Shown here: one piece after another, positions 1 through 10,719 of the stretch
How positions within the stretch are numbered: the stretch's first letter is position 1
How the letters are laid out: each line of letters starts with the position of its first letter
Source: Clostridiales bacterium
Lineage (GTDB): Bacteria; Bacillota; Dehalobacteriia; UBA7702
Direction of reading: 5' to 3'
Assembly: GCA_040766525.1 (NCBI GenBank)
Contig: JAXGQI010000003.1
Location: 16,335-80,334 of the forward strand
DNA length: 64,000 nt
Position numbers and translations under genes: made by a program
Notes under the pieces: generated by a model
Databases searched by the model: none
What the model saw: only the letters and a program-made list of their open reading frames with translations
What the model was told of the DNA's origin: nothing

Positions 1-76
1 TTACAACGAATACCATAATCTCTAAGCAAATATGTGGCAGTGAACCCATCCTGCTCCTCTCTTATTCAAAGATATT

Positions 77-112
77 GAAGAAGCGGCGCCTCTTTGGAGA
101 CGCCGCTTCTTC
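77..112. terminator. GC-rich stem-loop, possibly the terminator of a gene ending at or before the left window edge
   Basis: 12-nt arms GAAGAAGCGGCG / CGCCGCTTCTTC flank a 12-nt spacer. No clear T-tract. Confidence 0.35.
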
Positions 113-207
113 CAAATTGTTGGCAAAAGACGCTAAAAGCAAATTCTTACATCCATACCGGGAAGCATCATGCGCAAAACTGACCGTCAAGCCGAAGACC
201 AAAGCGC

Positions 208-244
208 ACAAAAAAGGGCATTAGCCTTAAAAAGGCCAATGCCC
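208..244 (-). terminator. rho-independent terminator of the helicase gene
   Basis: The minus strand reads GGGCATTGGCC-loop-GGCTAATGCCC followed by T6, about 50 nt past the stop at 292. Confidence 0.7.
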
Positions 245-291
245 AGCATTTTATAGAGTGGCGCATTACAATATCTTTATCGCAGATACCA

Positions 292-1419
292 TCAAATTGC
301 GTCCATCGTCAAAGGGGCGATCTTGGTTTTCGTATATTTTACAATTTCACCAAGACGCACCGAGTCGGAATGATTGGCAATAAAGGTATAGGCTTCGCCA
401 TGTTTTTTTGCCCGCCCGGTTCTGCCGATCCGATGAACATAATAATCATTTTCCGCAGGGATATCATAATTAAAGACCGTATCCACATTATCAATATCGA
501 TCCCTCTGGCCGCCACGTCCGTCGCCACCAAAATATGCAGCTTTCCTCTACGGAAATTACCCAAAACCTTTTCTCGTGTGCTTTGACGAACTTCTCCGTG
601 GATGCAGTCGGCTAAATAGCCCCGGTCACACAAAGTCGTGGTGAGTTTCTTCACTTTCCGCCGGGTATTACAAAAGACGATGGCACGGCCATACTGTTTC
701 GCATGAATGATGCTATCAATGGCATGGATCTTTTCGTTTTCCGCCGCCTTCAGGCTATACTGCATAATATCAGGCTTATTTTCCCGATTTTCCGGCACTG
801 TAACCCGGATAGGATTTTTCTGATAGTCACGGCTAATCTTCGCCACATCTCCTGAAATCGTTGCCGAAAGCAACGCCAGATTGGTCCGGTTTGTCATTAG
901 ATCCATGATCTTCGTCACATCTTTGTAAAAACCCATATCCACCATGCGATCGGCTTCGTCCAAAACCGCTGTAACAACATTGTTCAACCGGATCGTCCTG
1001 CGATTGATATGATCCAAAAGCCGACCCGGCGTTGCAACAATGATTTGCGGCCGCTTTTTCAGGGCGCGGATCTGCACATCAATAGATTGCCCCCCGTAGA
1101 TGCTCAGGACACGCACGCCCTTTTTATATTGGGCCAGCTCTTTTAGTTCCATGCAGATTTGCAAAGTTAATTCACGGGTAGGAGCAAGAATCAATACTTG
1201 CAGCTTCCCGTCTTCCGTATTGACATGCTCAATCAAAGGGATACCGAAAGCCAAGGTTTTCCCCGTACCTGTCGGCGCTTTCGCGATTACATCTTCCCAA
1301 GCCATTAAGGCAGGGATTGTTTTTGCTTGCACCGGCGTAGCCGTTTCATATTGCTTTTTTTTCAAGGCGTTCATTATCGCCAAAGACAAGTTCATTGTTT
1401 CAAATTTAATATTTTCCAT
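292..1419 (-). CDS. DEAD-box ATP-dependent RNA helicase
   Basis: Motifs present: AKAPTGTGKT (Walker A), DEAD (in LDEADRM), SAT and HRIGRTGR. Start placed at MENIKF (ATG 1419) behind a GAAGG RBS; the track ORF begins 13 codons earlier. Confidence 0.9.
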   Translation of the reverse strand: MENIKFETMNLSLAIMNALKKKQYETATPVQAKTIPALMAWEDVIAKAPTGTGKTLAFGIPLIEHVNTEDGKLQVLILAPTRELTLQICMELKELAQYKKGVRVLSIYGGQSIDVQIRALKKRPQIIVATPGRLLDHINRRTIRLNNVVTAVLDEADRMVDMGFYKDVTKIMDLMTNRTNLALLSATISGDVAKISRDYQKNPIRVTVPENRENKPDIMQYSLKAAENEKIHAIDSIIHAKQYGRAIVFCNTRRKVKKLTTTLCDRGYLADCIHGEVRQSTREKVLGNFRRGKLHILVATDVAARGIDIDNVDTVFNYDIPAENDYYVHRIGRTGRAKKHGEAYTFIANHSDSVRLGEIVKYTKTKIAPLTMDAI

Positions 1420-1716
1420 TTTACCTTCATTTCTTTTTACAAAATAAGGAGAAAGCATTTGGCTCTCTCCTAAAAGTTCACTTTATCTGCTGTTTCTTCT
1501 TTCATATTTTTGCGAATGCCACAGGTTCCCCGCACCCAAGGGACAATTCGGCATTCCCAAAACCGCCACAGATAACGCCAATGATCATCCCGCCGGCCTG
1601 GTTTAGTGCATAAAAAAACCTCTCTATCAAATTTGGACGGTGTCTTTTTGACTTCTCCAAACTTCGTTAAAGAGATTCAACATTCAGAACGATCCATTTG
1701 TTTTCTTAGCTTAGTA

Positions 1717-1745
1717 AGTATAACATAGTGATCCGACAAATGCAA
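1717..1745 (-). promoter_or_regulatory. sigma70-type promoter for the helicase, implying a leader of about 290 nt
   Basis: The minus strand reads TTGCAT, 17 nt, TATACT. Confidence 0.4.
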
Positions 1746-1810
1746 GGCCTTCATTTTCCCGCAGATTCCCGCCGGATAAGGCACTATTAAGATCCCGTTT
1801 CAAAGCAAAG

Positions 1811-1842
1811 GGAAGGCCCAACCCTTCCGTGTCGGGCCTTCC
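1811..1842 (-). terminator. stem-loop downstream of the holin gene
   Basis: GGAAGGCCC ... GGGCCTTCC arms, followed on the minus strand by CTTTGCTTTG. Confidence 0.45.
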
Positions 1843-1891
1843 ATCGGGATACCGTTCAAAATACCCCTACGCTTTCTTAATCTGACTGAAT

Positions 1892-2179
1892 TCACGGATC
1901 ATCAACTTTTGGCAATCGATATCGCAAGGCCCGGCGACTGTCGCTAAACCCCGCGGTGGTTGGATCATTGACCGCAGCCCAAATTCCCGCTAAAATCGCG
2001 ACGACAACAACCGGATTTTTGATACTGTCTAAGACCAACAACCAAAGGATGTGCCATGAAGTGATTTCCCCCCAGGACATTCCAGCTCCTGCCAGCATTG
2101 GTGCTATTATTAAAGTGGCAATTTGCGCCCAAAATACCGGGTTTTTCAGACGCACTTTCCAATTGATCCTCATTTCCAT
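1892..2179 (-). CDS. phage-type holin (phi LC3 holin family-like)
   Basis: N-terminal INWKVRLKN, two hydrophobic segments and C-terminal DPTTAGFSDSRRALRY match my recollection of the phi LC3 holin family. Start set at MEMRINW behind an AAGGA RBS. Confidence 0.75.
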   Translation of the reverse strand: MEMRINWKVRLKNPVFWAQIATLIIAPMLAGAGMSWGEITSWHILWLLVLDSIKNPVVVVAILAGIWAAVNDPTTAGFSDSRRALRYRLPKVDDP

Positions 2180-2506
2180 CACATCCTTTCTCTTTTTGAT
2201 CAAGCTACTTTGCAACTAATCCCATTTAACTGTGCGTAAGCGCCAAATGGCTTTCGCACCCCTTGTCCCGCCCCTATTCTTTCCTAGCCGATGGAACAGC
2301 AAAAGAATATGTACTAGCATATGCGCGATCGCCCCCCAAATGTGCACCTTTAAGGCGGCGGGAAGCGTGAAGAACGGCCCCCCCAATGATAATCTCATAC
2401 CTAAAAACAAAAAAGGGCGGCCGTCATGATCGACGCCACCCAAATTACGCTTCTCCCGATACGCCCCCGCTCCAAAAAGAAGAAGATGGGGCAAAACGGA
2501 ATCGCT

Positions 2507-3457
2507 TTATGCTAATTCTTTAATTAAGTCTTCCAAAAATGCAATCGTCTTCTTCTTGGAAGCCAATCCCTGATTCTCCATAAAGATTTTCTTCAAATAA
2601 TTTTCAAAGGCCACTGTAACATGGCTTTCATCCATAAAAAACACTGCGGTCGAGGACATGACCATGACCCCATACTCTTCTTTTACATAAATCATCATGC
2701 TGTTATCTTCACCGGGATTAAGCTGCACATGGTAATTGTCATATTTTTTCAACATGGAAACGACAGATTCTAAATGCTGACGATATTGCTCCGGCGTATA
2801 GGCTAATCCTTCCACACCGGATAAAGTGACAAAGGGCAACTTCGCTTTCCCTTCTCGGATCGAAGCAAGCTCGGGTAACCGCAGAATCTCCGTAAACTTA
2901 TGATTACGCACACTTTTCTTAAAGTTCTCTTTGCGGATACGATAATAATCCTGTATCCCTTTCTTTTCACGGGGTTCCAGCGACACCGTCATTTGCCGCA
3001 GAACCGTGTTGGGCAAAGTCATGATCGAAAGGCCGTTACACAACATAAAAGAATTAGCCACATTGGCATCTAAACTACTGAATACGGTCAGCAATTCCTG
3101 ACTGTGGGATGCCGGGATCACCTGCATCAACGGACGACAGAGAGCAAAATAATTGGAAAACTCCTTCATGGCCGCCTCTATCCCTTTTTCCTCCCAAATC
3201 ACCGTTATGGCTTCGCATCCTTCCATATCCCCAACGGAATTTGAAACGATGGCGCCAATCTCCGGTGCAATCATCATCGTGCGGCGATAAATCCCGTCTC
3301 GTTTCTTGGGATAATAATACGGTTCGATCTTCCCTGTCATATATAACGGCATCCACCAGGAAATAGACGCCAATACTTCCCCCAAACGGCGGCTGACGGT
3401 ATGAATGATCCGAATGCGATTACCCCGACGGATCACTCTCCTGCTAATAACCGCCAA
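2507..3457 (-). CDS. hypothetical protein (316-aa ORF), probably the body of a regulator whose N-terminal part is frame-disrupted
   Basis: Long clean ORF, but its first codon is TTG with no RBS. A strong RBS+ATG (GAGAGGAGG-N9-ATG at 3486) lies out of frame. Upstream (3740-3990) are broken fragments with a faint XRE-HTH flavour (W.AIGEAMQKIAALL). Confidence 0.5.
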   Translation of the reverse strand: MAVISRRVIRRGNRIRIIHTVSRRLGEVLASISWWMPLYMTGKIEPYYYPKKRDGIYRRTMMIAPEIGAIVSNSVGDMEGCEAITVIWEEKGIEAAMKEFSNYFALCRPLMQVIPASHSQELLTVFSSLDANVANSFMLCNGLSIMTLPNTVLRQMTVSLEPREKKGIQDYYRIRKENFKKSVRNHKFTEILRLPELASIREGKAKLPFVTLSGVEGLAYTPEQYRQHLESVVSMLKKYDNYHVQLNPGEDNSMMIYVKEEYGVMVMSSTAVFFMDESHVTVAFENYLKKIFMENQGLASKKKTIAFLEDLIKELA

Positions 3458-4265
3458 CGGTCATTGGCCACCGTATCCTCCAGCATCTCAATCGACCTCC
3501 TCTCATCACTGTAAAGGCAAATCGTCCGCGGTATCCACATGCAAAAATATGCAAAAGGAAACCACAAGCGCCTCTCTTTTCCCATCATTGCCGTAATAGC
3601 CACGATTCCTCCTTTTTCGGAGGGGCGGCAATAACCGGCTGCCTCTTGGGAACAGCAGTTCGTTTTCTACGGAAGATTGGGATAAAAACCCCAAGAAAGA
3701 TTCTACCGCCTGGTTTTTCTCCGCCGATATCATCGCTGAGCCAATTATAGATCCGCAAGGCCGTCATGCTTCTCTCTCGGCAGAAGTGCGGCGATTTTTT
3801 GCATCGCTTCTCCAATGGCATCCCATTGATGAGGCTCTTGCCATTGCTCTTGCTAAAAGCATTCCGCCATGATACGCGTATTTCTCATTCTTAGCCGAAA
3901 GCGCTTACCGCTGCTACGCAAAAGCGGCTAATATAAAGCATCCAACGATATATAACGCCCAAGGGCACTATTGCTCGTATTTGTAACCGTCATTAAAAAT
4001 CAAGCTTTTCATGAAAACGCATATCTTCACTTCGCTAAACAAATGAACCGTCTTTTTGCGCAGACAATATAGCAGAGTAAAGAAGGATAAGGTAAAATAA
4101 CCCGGACAGTGAAATCAGAAAAATCAATGACAGATTAATGCTGACATCACCATATTGCCGTCATTGACAAGCGCTGAAAAGCAACACGCTCTTGGTTTAG
4201 TCAAGGGCGTGTCATTTTTACACCATTGAAATTTTTTTATTTTACGGGATCACTCCATCGTCAGA

Positions 4266-5350
4266 TCAAATGTATAGAAAGCGTCCACATAATCGGTAAA
4301 AAGAAATGGAAAAATCACCGCCGAGATCTCCGGTGTCAATCATGGCATAGCCGATCCCTTCCTCAAACGGAATTATCTCCCCGATTTCCCACTCATAGCC
4401 GGAATGGGCAAAAGAGACTTCCGGATGATCCAAAAGAACAATCTTCGCCCCGGCCGACACCGGGATCATAGCGTTATAGTGATACCCCATTCCCGTTCCG
4501 TCTTCAGAAAAATCTGCTGGTGAAATGCTTTCCCCATTGATTGTAAAAATCGGCACATCGGTATCTTCCTCCACCTGGACAATTTCGATCACAATATCTT
4601 CCGCTCCAACGATCGGCCGAAAACGTGATATCGATGGGGGTAAACAAAATGGAATCCCCTTCTAAATCCAATGTCTGCCATCTGCCGTCAAACGACACAT
4701 ACCAGGCACCGTCATCTTCAACATACGCACCGTTTTCCCAAACAGCTTCGGAAAAATCCAACAAGCCTGTTTGATTAACCAGCACCTGATGGACCACATT
4801 GTATTCGCTGAAAGTGGTCGCTTATCTGAATAAAACAGCATTGGCGCCGTCAATAATCGTCTTCCCATACAGCTGCTCCCCAGCGGCTCCTCAAAGCCAC
4901 CATAAATACTCACTCACAATTTCATCCCGCCACACCAAGCGAAACGGTTCCAGCCGTTTTGACAAGATCGTGGCGACAAGGGGCGTCTCAAAATAGTCAG
5001 CATATACGCCCAGTTGATAAACGAGCCCAATATAATACGGTTCTTGATCAAAATATGCTTTAACACCGTGACCGATAAACTCATTTCGCAAAGCACCTCG
5101 AAAAATGCGGGCTGCTTCCTGATCCGCACCAGTTGCCTCAGATTTTGACACCATCATCAACACCAGAAGGCTCATCTCCTTCCGTACTTCGGAAGACCTT
5201 AAAGATAAGGCCGTCTACACCGCACCCAAAGAAAGCACCGCAATACAAAGACACACAACTAAGACAATGACCAAGGGCCGCTTCCCCTTTTTCGTCTGCC
5301 TATCCTCACTGATATCATCATGGCTTGGGGCTCCAAGGCTGACCGCAAAA
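4266..5350 (-). pseudogene. membrane-anchored or secreted protein of unknown function, frame-disrupted
   Basis: Signal-anchor KKGKRPLVIVLVVCLCIAVLSLGAV is followed by an in-frame stop. The body is then split over at least 4 overlapping ORFs in different frames (4891-5175, 4662-4913, 4504-4797, 4266-4592). Confidence 0.6.
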
Positions 5351-5567
5351 AGCATCTCCCGGACCAAGATCATACGCATATTTGCAATGCATCATACTGC
5401 CTCCATTCAACCCTATCTTGTCTCCATTATAAAAAAATTGTCGAAAAAACACAAGGGAAATCAGCGCTTCGGGAAAGATTGATATTGACAGCATGCCGCC
5501 GTCTTGCTATACTCAATCTGTATTAAACAAACTAGTGCAGTTGTGACATCGAGAAAGGATAAAACTT

Positions 5568-5947
5568 TATGATCAATCTCGACGATCATCAGGATCGGCG
5601 CCCTCTCTATTTGGCAGGATCATCTCCCAAATTGAAGATCTCGCTTTACACGGCGTGTTAAAGCCCACAACAGCTGCCCTCCCTTCGCAGTTTGGCAATG
5701 GAACTCTCCATTAACCCAAACACCATCCAACGGGCATATAAGGAGCTGGAAAATAAAGTGTCATCTATTCCATACCGGGAAAAGGCTCTTTATCAACCCT
5801 GATTCGGAAAGTCTGTTTACAGGGCAAAGAGAAACTTTATAAAGATTTAGCAGAGCTGATCGCGCTCACGCGAAGGCCAAGCAATAAATCGACAAGGCGG
5901 ATTTTTTATCGGTCTGCGAAAAACTGGCTCTCTACGAAAGCAGGTGA
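5568..5947 (+). pseudogene. GntR/YtrA-type transcriptional regulator, frame-disrupted
   Basis: Fragments PLYLQ..., LPS.RQLAMELSINPNTIQRAYKELE and a C-terminal ...LALYESR* lie in three frames. The stop overlaps the GTG of the next gene. Confidence 0.65.
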
Positions 5948-6850
5948 AGGAATTGATTGATATTATTGATATCAGCAAATCATTCGATGACATCTTATAT
6001 GCTTTAAACCATGTGAGTTTACAGGTAAAAACCGCCTCCATTTTTGGTTTGGTCGGAACGAACGGCGCAGGAAAATCCACGCTGCTTAGGATTTTAGCAG
6101 GGGTATTGAAGCAGGATGCGGGCATATTTCCATTAACGGCAAAGCGCCGTTTGAAAATATCGCCGTGAAATCATCCTTTTTCTATATTTCCGATGAGCAG
6201 TTCTTTTTCCCCTAATGCCACGCCGAAAGATATGCGCAATTATTATGAGATTATTTACCCTCGTTTTGATAAAAAACCATACTTTTGATCATTTGTTTCG
6301 CCACTTCATTTCTTAGAATCGTGAAAAATCACTGATCTTTTCAAAGGTATGAAAAAACAGATCCCCCGCATCATCGCCGCCATTGCCGCCAATGTCGATT
6401 ACAGCATTTTCTGCAGATGAACCTGGACGGCTCGATCCGGTAAATGCGCTGGCGCAAAAAGCCTTTTCGCCGCGGGTTTCGATAGAGCGAGATCTAATCC
6501 AGCCATACGCTTCCCACAACGGCAGGAGTTGAAGACATTTCGGCGATCATATTGGTTTACTCCATGTAAAGAAATACATTCCTTCATCACAGGAATTGGA
6601 CGATATCAAAACCCATATCCACAAGATACAAGCGATCTTTCCCAATAAAGAATTGACGAGGGCGTGCCCCCTGATTCACCTGCGCATGGAAAGAAGGGGT
6701 TCTCTTTACGATCATCGCCCGTGGCGATACGACACGATCTTAGCAACGGTTGAAAAGGAGCACCCTACTTTTATTGAGGCTTTGCCCTTCTTAAAGAGAT
6801 TTTCATCAATGAAACGAGGTAAAGCAGATGTCCCGCAACCTCTCATATAA
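5944..6850 (+). pseudogene. ABC transporter ATP-binding protein, frame-disrupted
   Basis: Intact Walker A region ([19 protein letters not shown]) in ORF 5944-6168; the remainder is scattered over several frames. Confidence 0.75.
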
Positions 6851-8757
6851 AGGAAATCTCGCGTCTAACATGGAAAAGGACAATATGGCTGCCCTTGCAT
6901 TTGCCTTTGGCCTTCTTTTCTTTGCTTGCCGGTTGCCAACAGCATCCAGATCCAAGAAATCCAGAATTATGCCGAGGATTTTACCTTCAATATCGCCCAG
7001 CAAGTCAACAGCATCCTCGTTTTCAGTAACGCGGTATCAAAAGTCCTCTTGATTGCCGCAGCTTTGCTGGCCGGCTGTGTATTTTTCTACTATATGCACA
7101 ATAAACGGCAGGTCGATTTTATCAACAGCCTTCCTGTCAGCCGCACCAGACTCTTTTGAATCAATACATCGCCGGGGCAACCAGCGTCTTGTTTTTCCCT
7201 TTTATTGTGATGTATCTTTATAACCGTCATGTCGTCACCTTGGTTTCTGGCTATGGTTCCACGATTGGACGGCGGTTTGGAGTTCACTTCTATTCCACGC
7301 CCTCTTCTTTCTTGTCATTTACAGTTTTATCGTATTGGCGGGAACTTTAACAGGCAATCTGATCATCCAAATCATCGTTTCAGCGATTTTCTTCGCGATC
7401 CCTTCCGGTATTTCGTCTTTTTGGGAACGATGGATGCCACGGCCAGACCTTTATGCTGCTTTCAGTCATCTGTTGCACGGGCCATCCATCTTTCTCCATA
7501 CTGCTCATATCGTTTACGGCAGCAGCGACTATACGTTTGCCGTATTAGCCTCATGCCTCCTTTCCTCACCTTCTTAGTTGTAACTGGGCTGGCCCCTTCT
7601 CTCTATCGGAAACGGCCTTCGGAAGCTGCGCGCCATCGCCTTTTCTTTCGCAAAACCTCTATTACAATATCCTGTGTCATCGCACCTACGACGGCATGCA
7701 CTTTTCTTCACCAAATCGGCAATTCTGGCGGCTGGATGGTCTTCGGTTTCGTATCCGGCGCCTTCATTTGCAGCCGCATCATTGAAATTATCTATGCTTT
7801 CGACTTGGCGCGCTGCTGCCGCCATTTCCTGAGCCTGGTCATCTTCCTCCTGCTCTTTTCAGGCTTAGTGCAATCCCATTTCGATTTAACAGGGTAGCGA
7901 CCAGCATACGCCCAATGCCGAGGAAGTAACGAAGTCCGGGTCGAATTCGGCGACTATAATGTTTTTCATATACTGAATACGCGGCGAAAACGATTCCTCC
8001 CATTTCGTCATCGCCCCACATTAAACGGAAATCGCGCGAACGGCGGATGCCTATCGCCTGACGGAGAATAGCGTAATGCCGCCAATTGTAATATCGCGAA
8101 ACATGGGAAGAACAAACCAAACCATATTTTTACACGAAATGTTATTCCGCGGATACGCTCTATTTGAATGTTATTTACACCTTAAATAACGGCAAAACTC
8201 AGCACGGCGATATACCCAAGTCTTCGCGCAGGAAAATACTTGACGACTGATCACATCTTAAGCGACCGGGAACATCGGAAAACCAGATCCCCTCCGCCGA
8301 ACAAACCTATGCCGTAAAACTGGAAACTATGAGTTCTATACGATTTATGCCGGTTTTACGAAGAATATCCCTGGGCAAGACTTTGAAGAACGCCTCTTTG
8401 CTGCCTGCCGTGAAGATCTTTGATCCCTGATATCGCAACCACGAAAGAAGAATTGCCCATCGGCATGTTCTCTTCAGCAAGCGCAAAAGACGGCAGCTCT
8501 ATATGGCCAGATTTTGCCCAATCTACCCGTCCTTTGATCGAGTTTTTGCTCTTCTGGAAGAAACAGGCTATGAACAAGACTTCTTTATCCTCGAACCCGA
8601 TGAAGTCAGCTATATTTTGGCTACGACCTATGGAAATGACGACGGTAGTATCCAGTCAGAGAAAAAGATCACCGATCAAGAAGAAATTGCCGCCATTATG
8701 CAAACTACAGCCCCAATCGTGGCAATTAATTACAGTCTGCTCTATCAACGATTATAA
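6828..8757 (+). pseudogene. large ABC-2-type permease / accessory membrane protein of the YtrA-type operon, frame-disrupted
   Basis: A chain of short overlapping ORFs in all three plus frames with hydrophobic segments (e.g. LLIAAALLAGCVFFYYMHNKRQVDFINSLPVSRTRLF and LYRKRPSEAA), then a soluble tail ending at 8757. Confidence 0.55.
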
Positions 8758-8974
8758 TGAACACCTACGAATATAGGCCTACGCCCGACAACCGGGGATC
8801 CGCTACCCAGCATAAAAAAGCTGACTTCCACTATAAACATCCAAACTACCAGACATCTTCTCTCTTTTGGCGTTAATAATCCCCTTTGCCCAAAGCGTGA
8901 GGAGAGAAAATCGGCAATGACGGAACCATATATCGAGACGAAACTGAATGGTGAACAGAAATAAAAAGAGGTTC

Positions 8975-9702
8975 ATGGCGCTTTCATTGAAATCAAAATC
9001 TACGCGCGTCTACCATGTTGGGAACGAAAAAGTCGGGCATTAGGATAAAATCATCTCTCCACGGAAAAGGAGAGATTTGCTGCGTCCTGGCGACCTCCGG
9101 TTCCGAACGACGCCGTTAAATATGCTGGCAGGCTTAGAAACGACAAAAGGCGTCAGCAAATCGACTGAGCAACGCGACATTTCCGCGCTTAGATGAAAAA
9201 AGTCGCCCTTTTTCCACAAAACAACGCTTTGGTTTGAAGCTTCCAATCCACAACTGATGCTTCCATTACAGCCCTGGAAAAGGTTTTACGCGGCCATGAT
9301 TTTCGCGCTCGACAAGGCAAAGGCCTCGGAAAGGAAGCCCGGAAAGATGCTCAAACGTCCGCTCGGACTGAGCAATCACGAAACCACGGAAATGAGCGTG
9401 CAACAAACAGCGGGTGGGATTGCCAGAGCCTTCGTGTCCGCTTTTCAAGCCTATTTTGCCGACGAACCCACCGGTAATTAGATTCCAAAACCAGCAATGA
9501 GGTCATGACTTTGATGGTGCGCATGGCCAAAAAATACCGGCAAACCCTCGTGATTGTGACCCATGATATTGAAATTGCCCGCTATAGCGACCGCATCATC
9601 CATATTCTCGATGGTAAAATCGACGATGACCAACCCAATATTTCCTTACTCGCAAACCAATGTACGGAAGAAATTAATCAAACGGGAGAACGCATGGCAT
9701 GA
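8975..9702 (+). pseudogene. MacB/LolD-type ABC ATPase, frame-disrupted
   Basis: Recognisable pieces: RVYHVGNEKV, a relic of LSGGQQQRVAIARA read as MSVQQTAGGIARA, ADEPTGN, and an intact tail QTLVIVTHDIEIARYSDRIIHILDGKI. Confidence 0.75.
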
Positions 9703-10652
9703 AAAAGAAACGCTTGGCTGCCCTAATCACCATACTGATGCTGCTTTGCGCCGGCTGGACGCCGGTCCTGGCTACAGAAGAAGCCGATACGGAAATACCA
9801 ACTCAAACAGAAACATTGACGACTGCTCTTACCCCCAGCCATCATTAGCGGCTAAGGCTTTGGCGAAAAATTTGCGTCACCAACGGCAAAAATTTACGCT
9901 GAATTATACTTTAAAAAACACCAGTATGAATATGTTTGATCCAAATATGATCGCAAAAGTCAGCGGCGGAGAAAAAGTCTCGACTTCAAAGATACCGATA
10001 CGTTCTATGTGGAGAGCATCGCCTCAACGGAACAAAATCTTTAAGCATCGGCAATACCCTGATGCTGGAAGCAGTGGCGACCTCGTACCCGCATATTGCC
10101 GTATCCTATGAATACTTCGACAATGGGCGTCAAATACCCGGGGGCTGCCGATCTTAACATCAATGGTGCCGCTGCAACAGCAACAAAAAGTCCGTTTACA
10201 GAATATTTTGGCATCAGTGAAAATCCGAAATCATCACTGGGAATGAATATGAATTACAGATAGATCATCAATCGGCTACGGGAAATTTATGTCTTGGAGC
10301 GGCAGCTCAACTCTGCAGGAATCATGATCGCTTCCGCCTATTTAGAAACTTGGCTCCGTCAAGCGAATTGAACAATACAGTGGGCAGCCTTTATCTCAGC
10401 TTTGACGAGCCGGAACAGAAACGCTAAATTTCATCTTAAATTAAGAAGAACGACCATGAAACAGCCAAAGTCTCAGCCAAACATTCGCGATTGAAAATCA
10501 GCGACTACACGCCCCCCATCGAAGAGGAATCGGAGCTTCCGATCGAAGAAACCGAGTGGATTCAGCCCCATTCTCTTCCTTTTGGTCATCACCCCGATCG
10601 CTGCCGGTATCATCACCGCAACGATCCTGTTGGTAAAGAAAAAACGCGCCTA
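9699..10652 (+). pseudogene. secreted, C-terminally anchored protein of unknown function, frame-disrupted
   Basis: Signal peptide MKKKRLAALITILMLLCAGWTPVLA, then premature stops and frame changes. A C-terminal TM segment plus KKKRA* lies at 10563-10652. Confidence 0.5.
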
Positions 10653-10719
10653 AAAAGCTGCCCGCATCTTAGCGGAAGCAGAAGACGATGAGGACGATGA
10701 GGATTTCGATCTGCTTTCT

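Noticed and set aside
1500-1600. 28-codon ORF (MIIGVICGGFGNAELSLGCGEPVAFAKI) in the helicase leader
   Set aside because: It has no convincing RBS and I cannot assess conservation, so I treat it as part of a long 5' UTR.
1892-3457. Prophage or mobile island around the holin
   Set aside because: Only the holin is phage-like. There is no lysin, integrase, capsid or terminase gene and no flanking direct repeats.
7229-7897. 222-aa plus-strand ORF as an intact gene
   Set aside because: Only its last third (..LVVTGLAPSLYRKRPSEAA.., hydrophobic segments) looks like the permease. The first part is an out-of-frame read-through of the same decayed gene.
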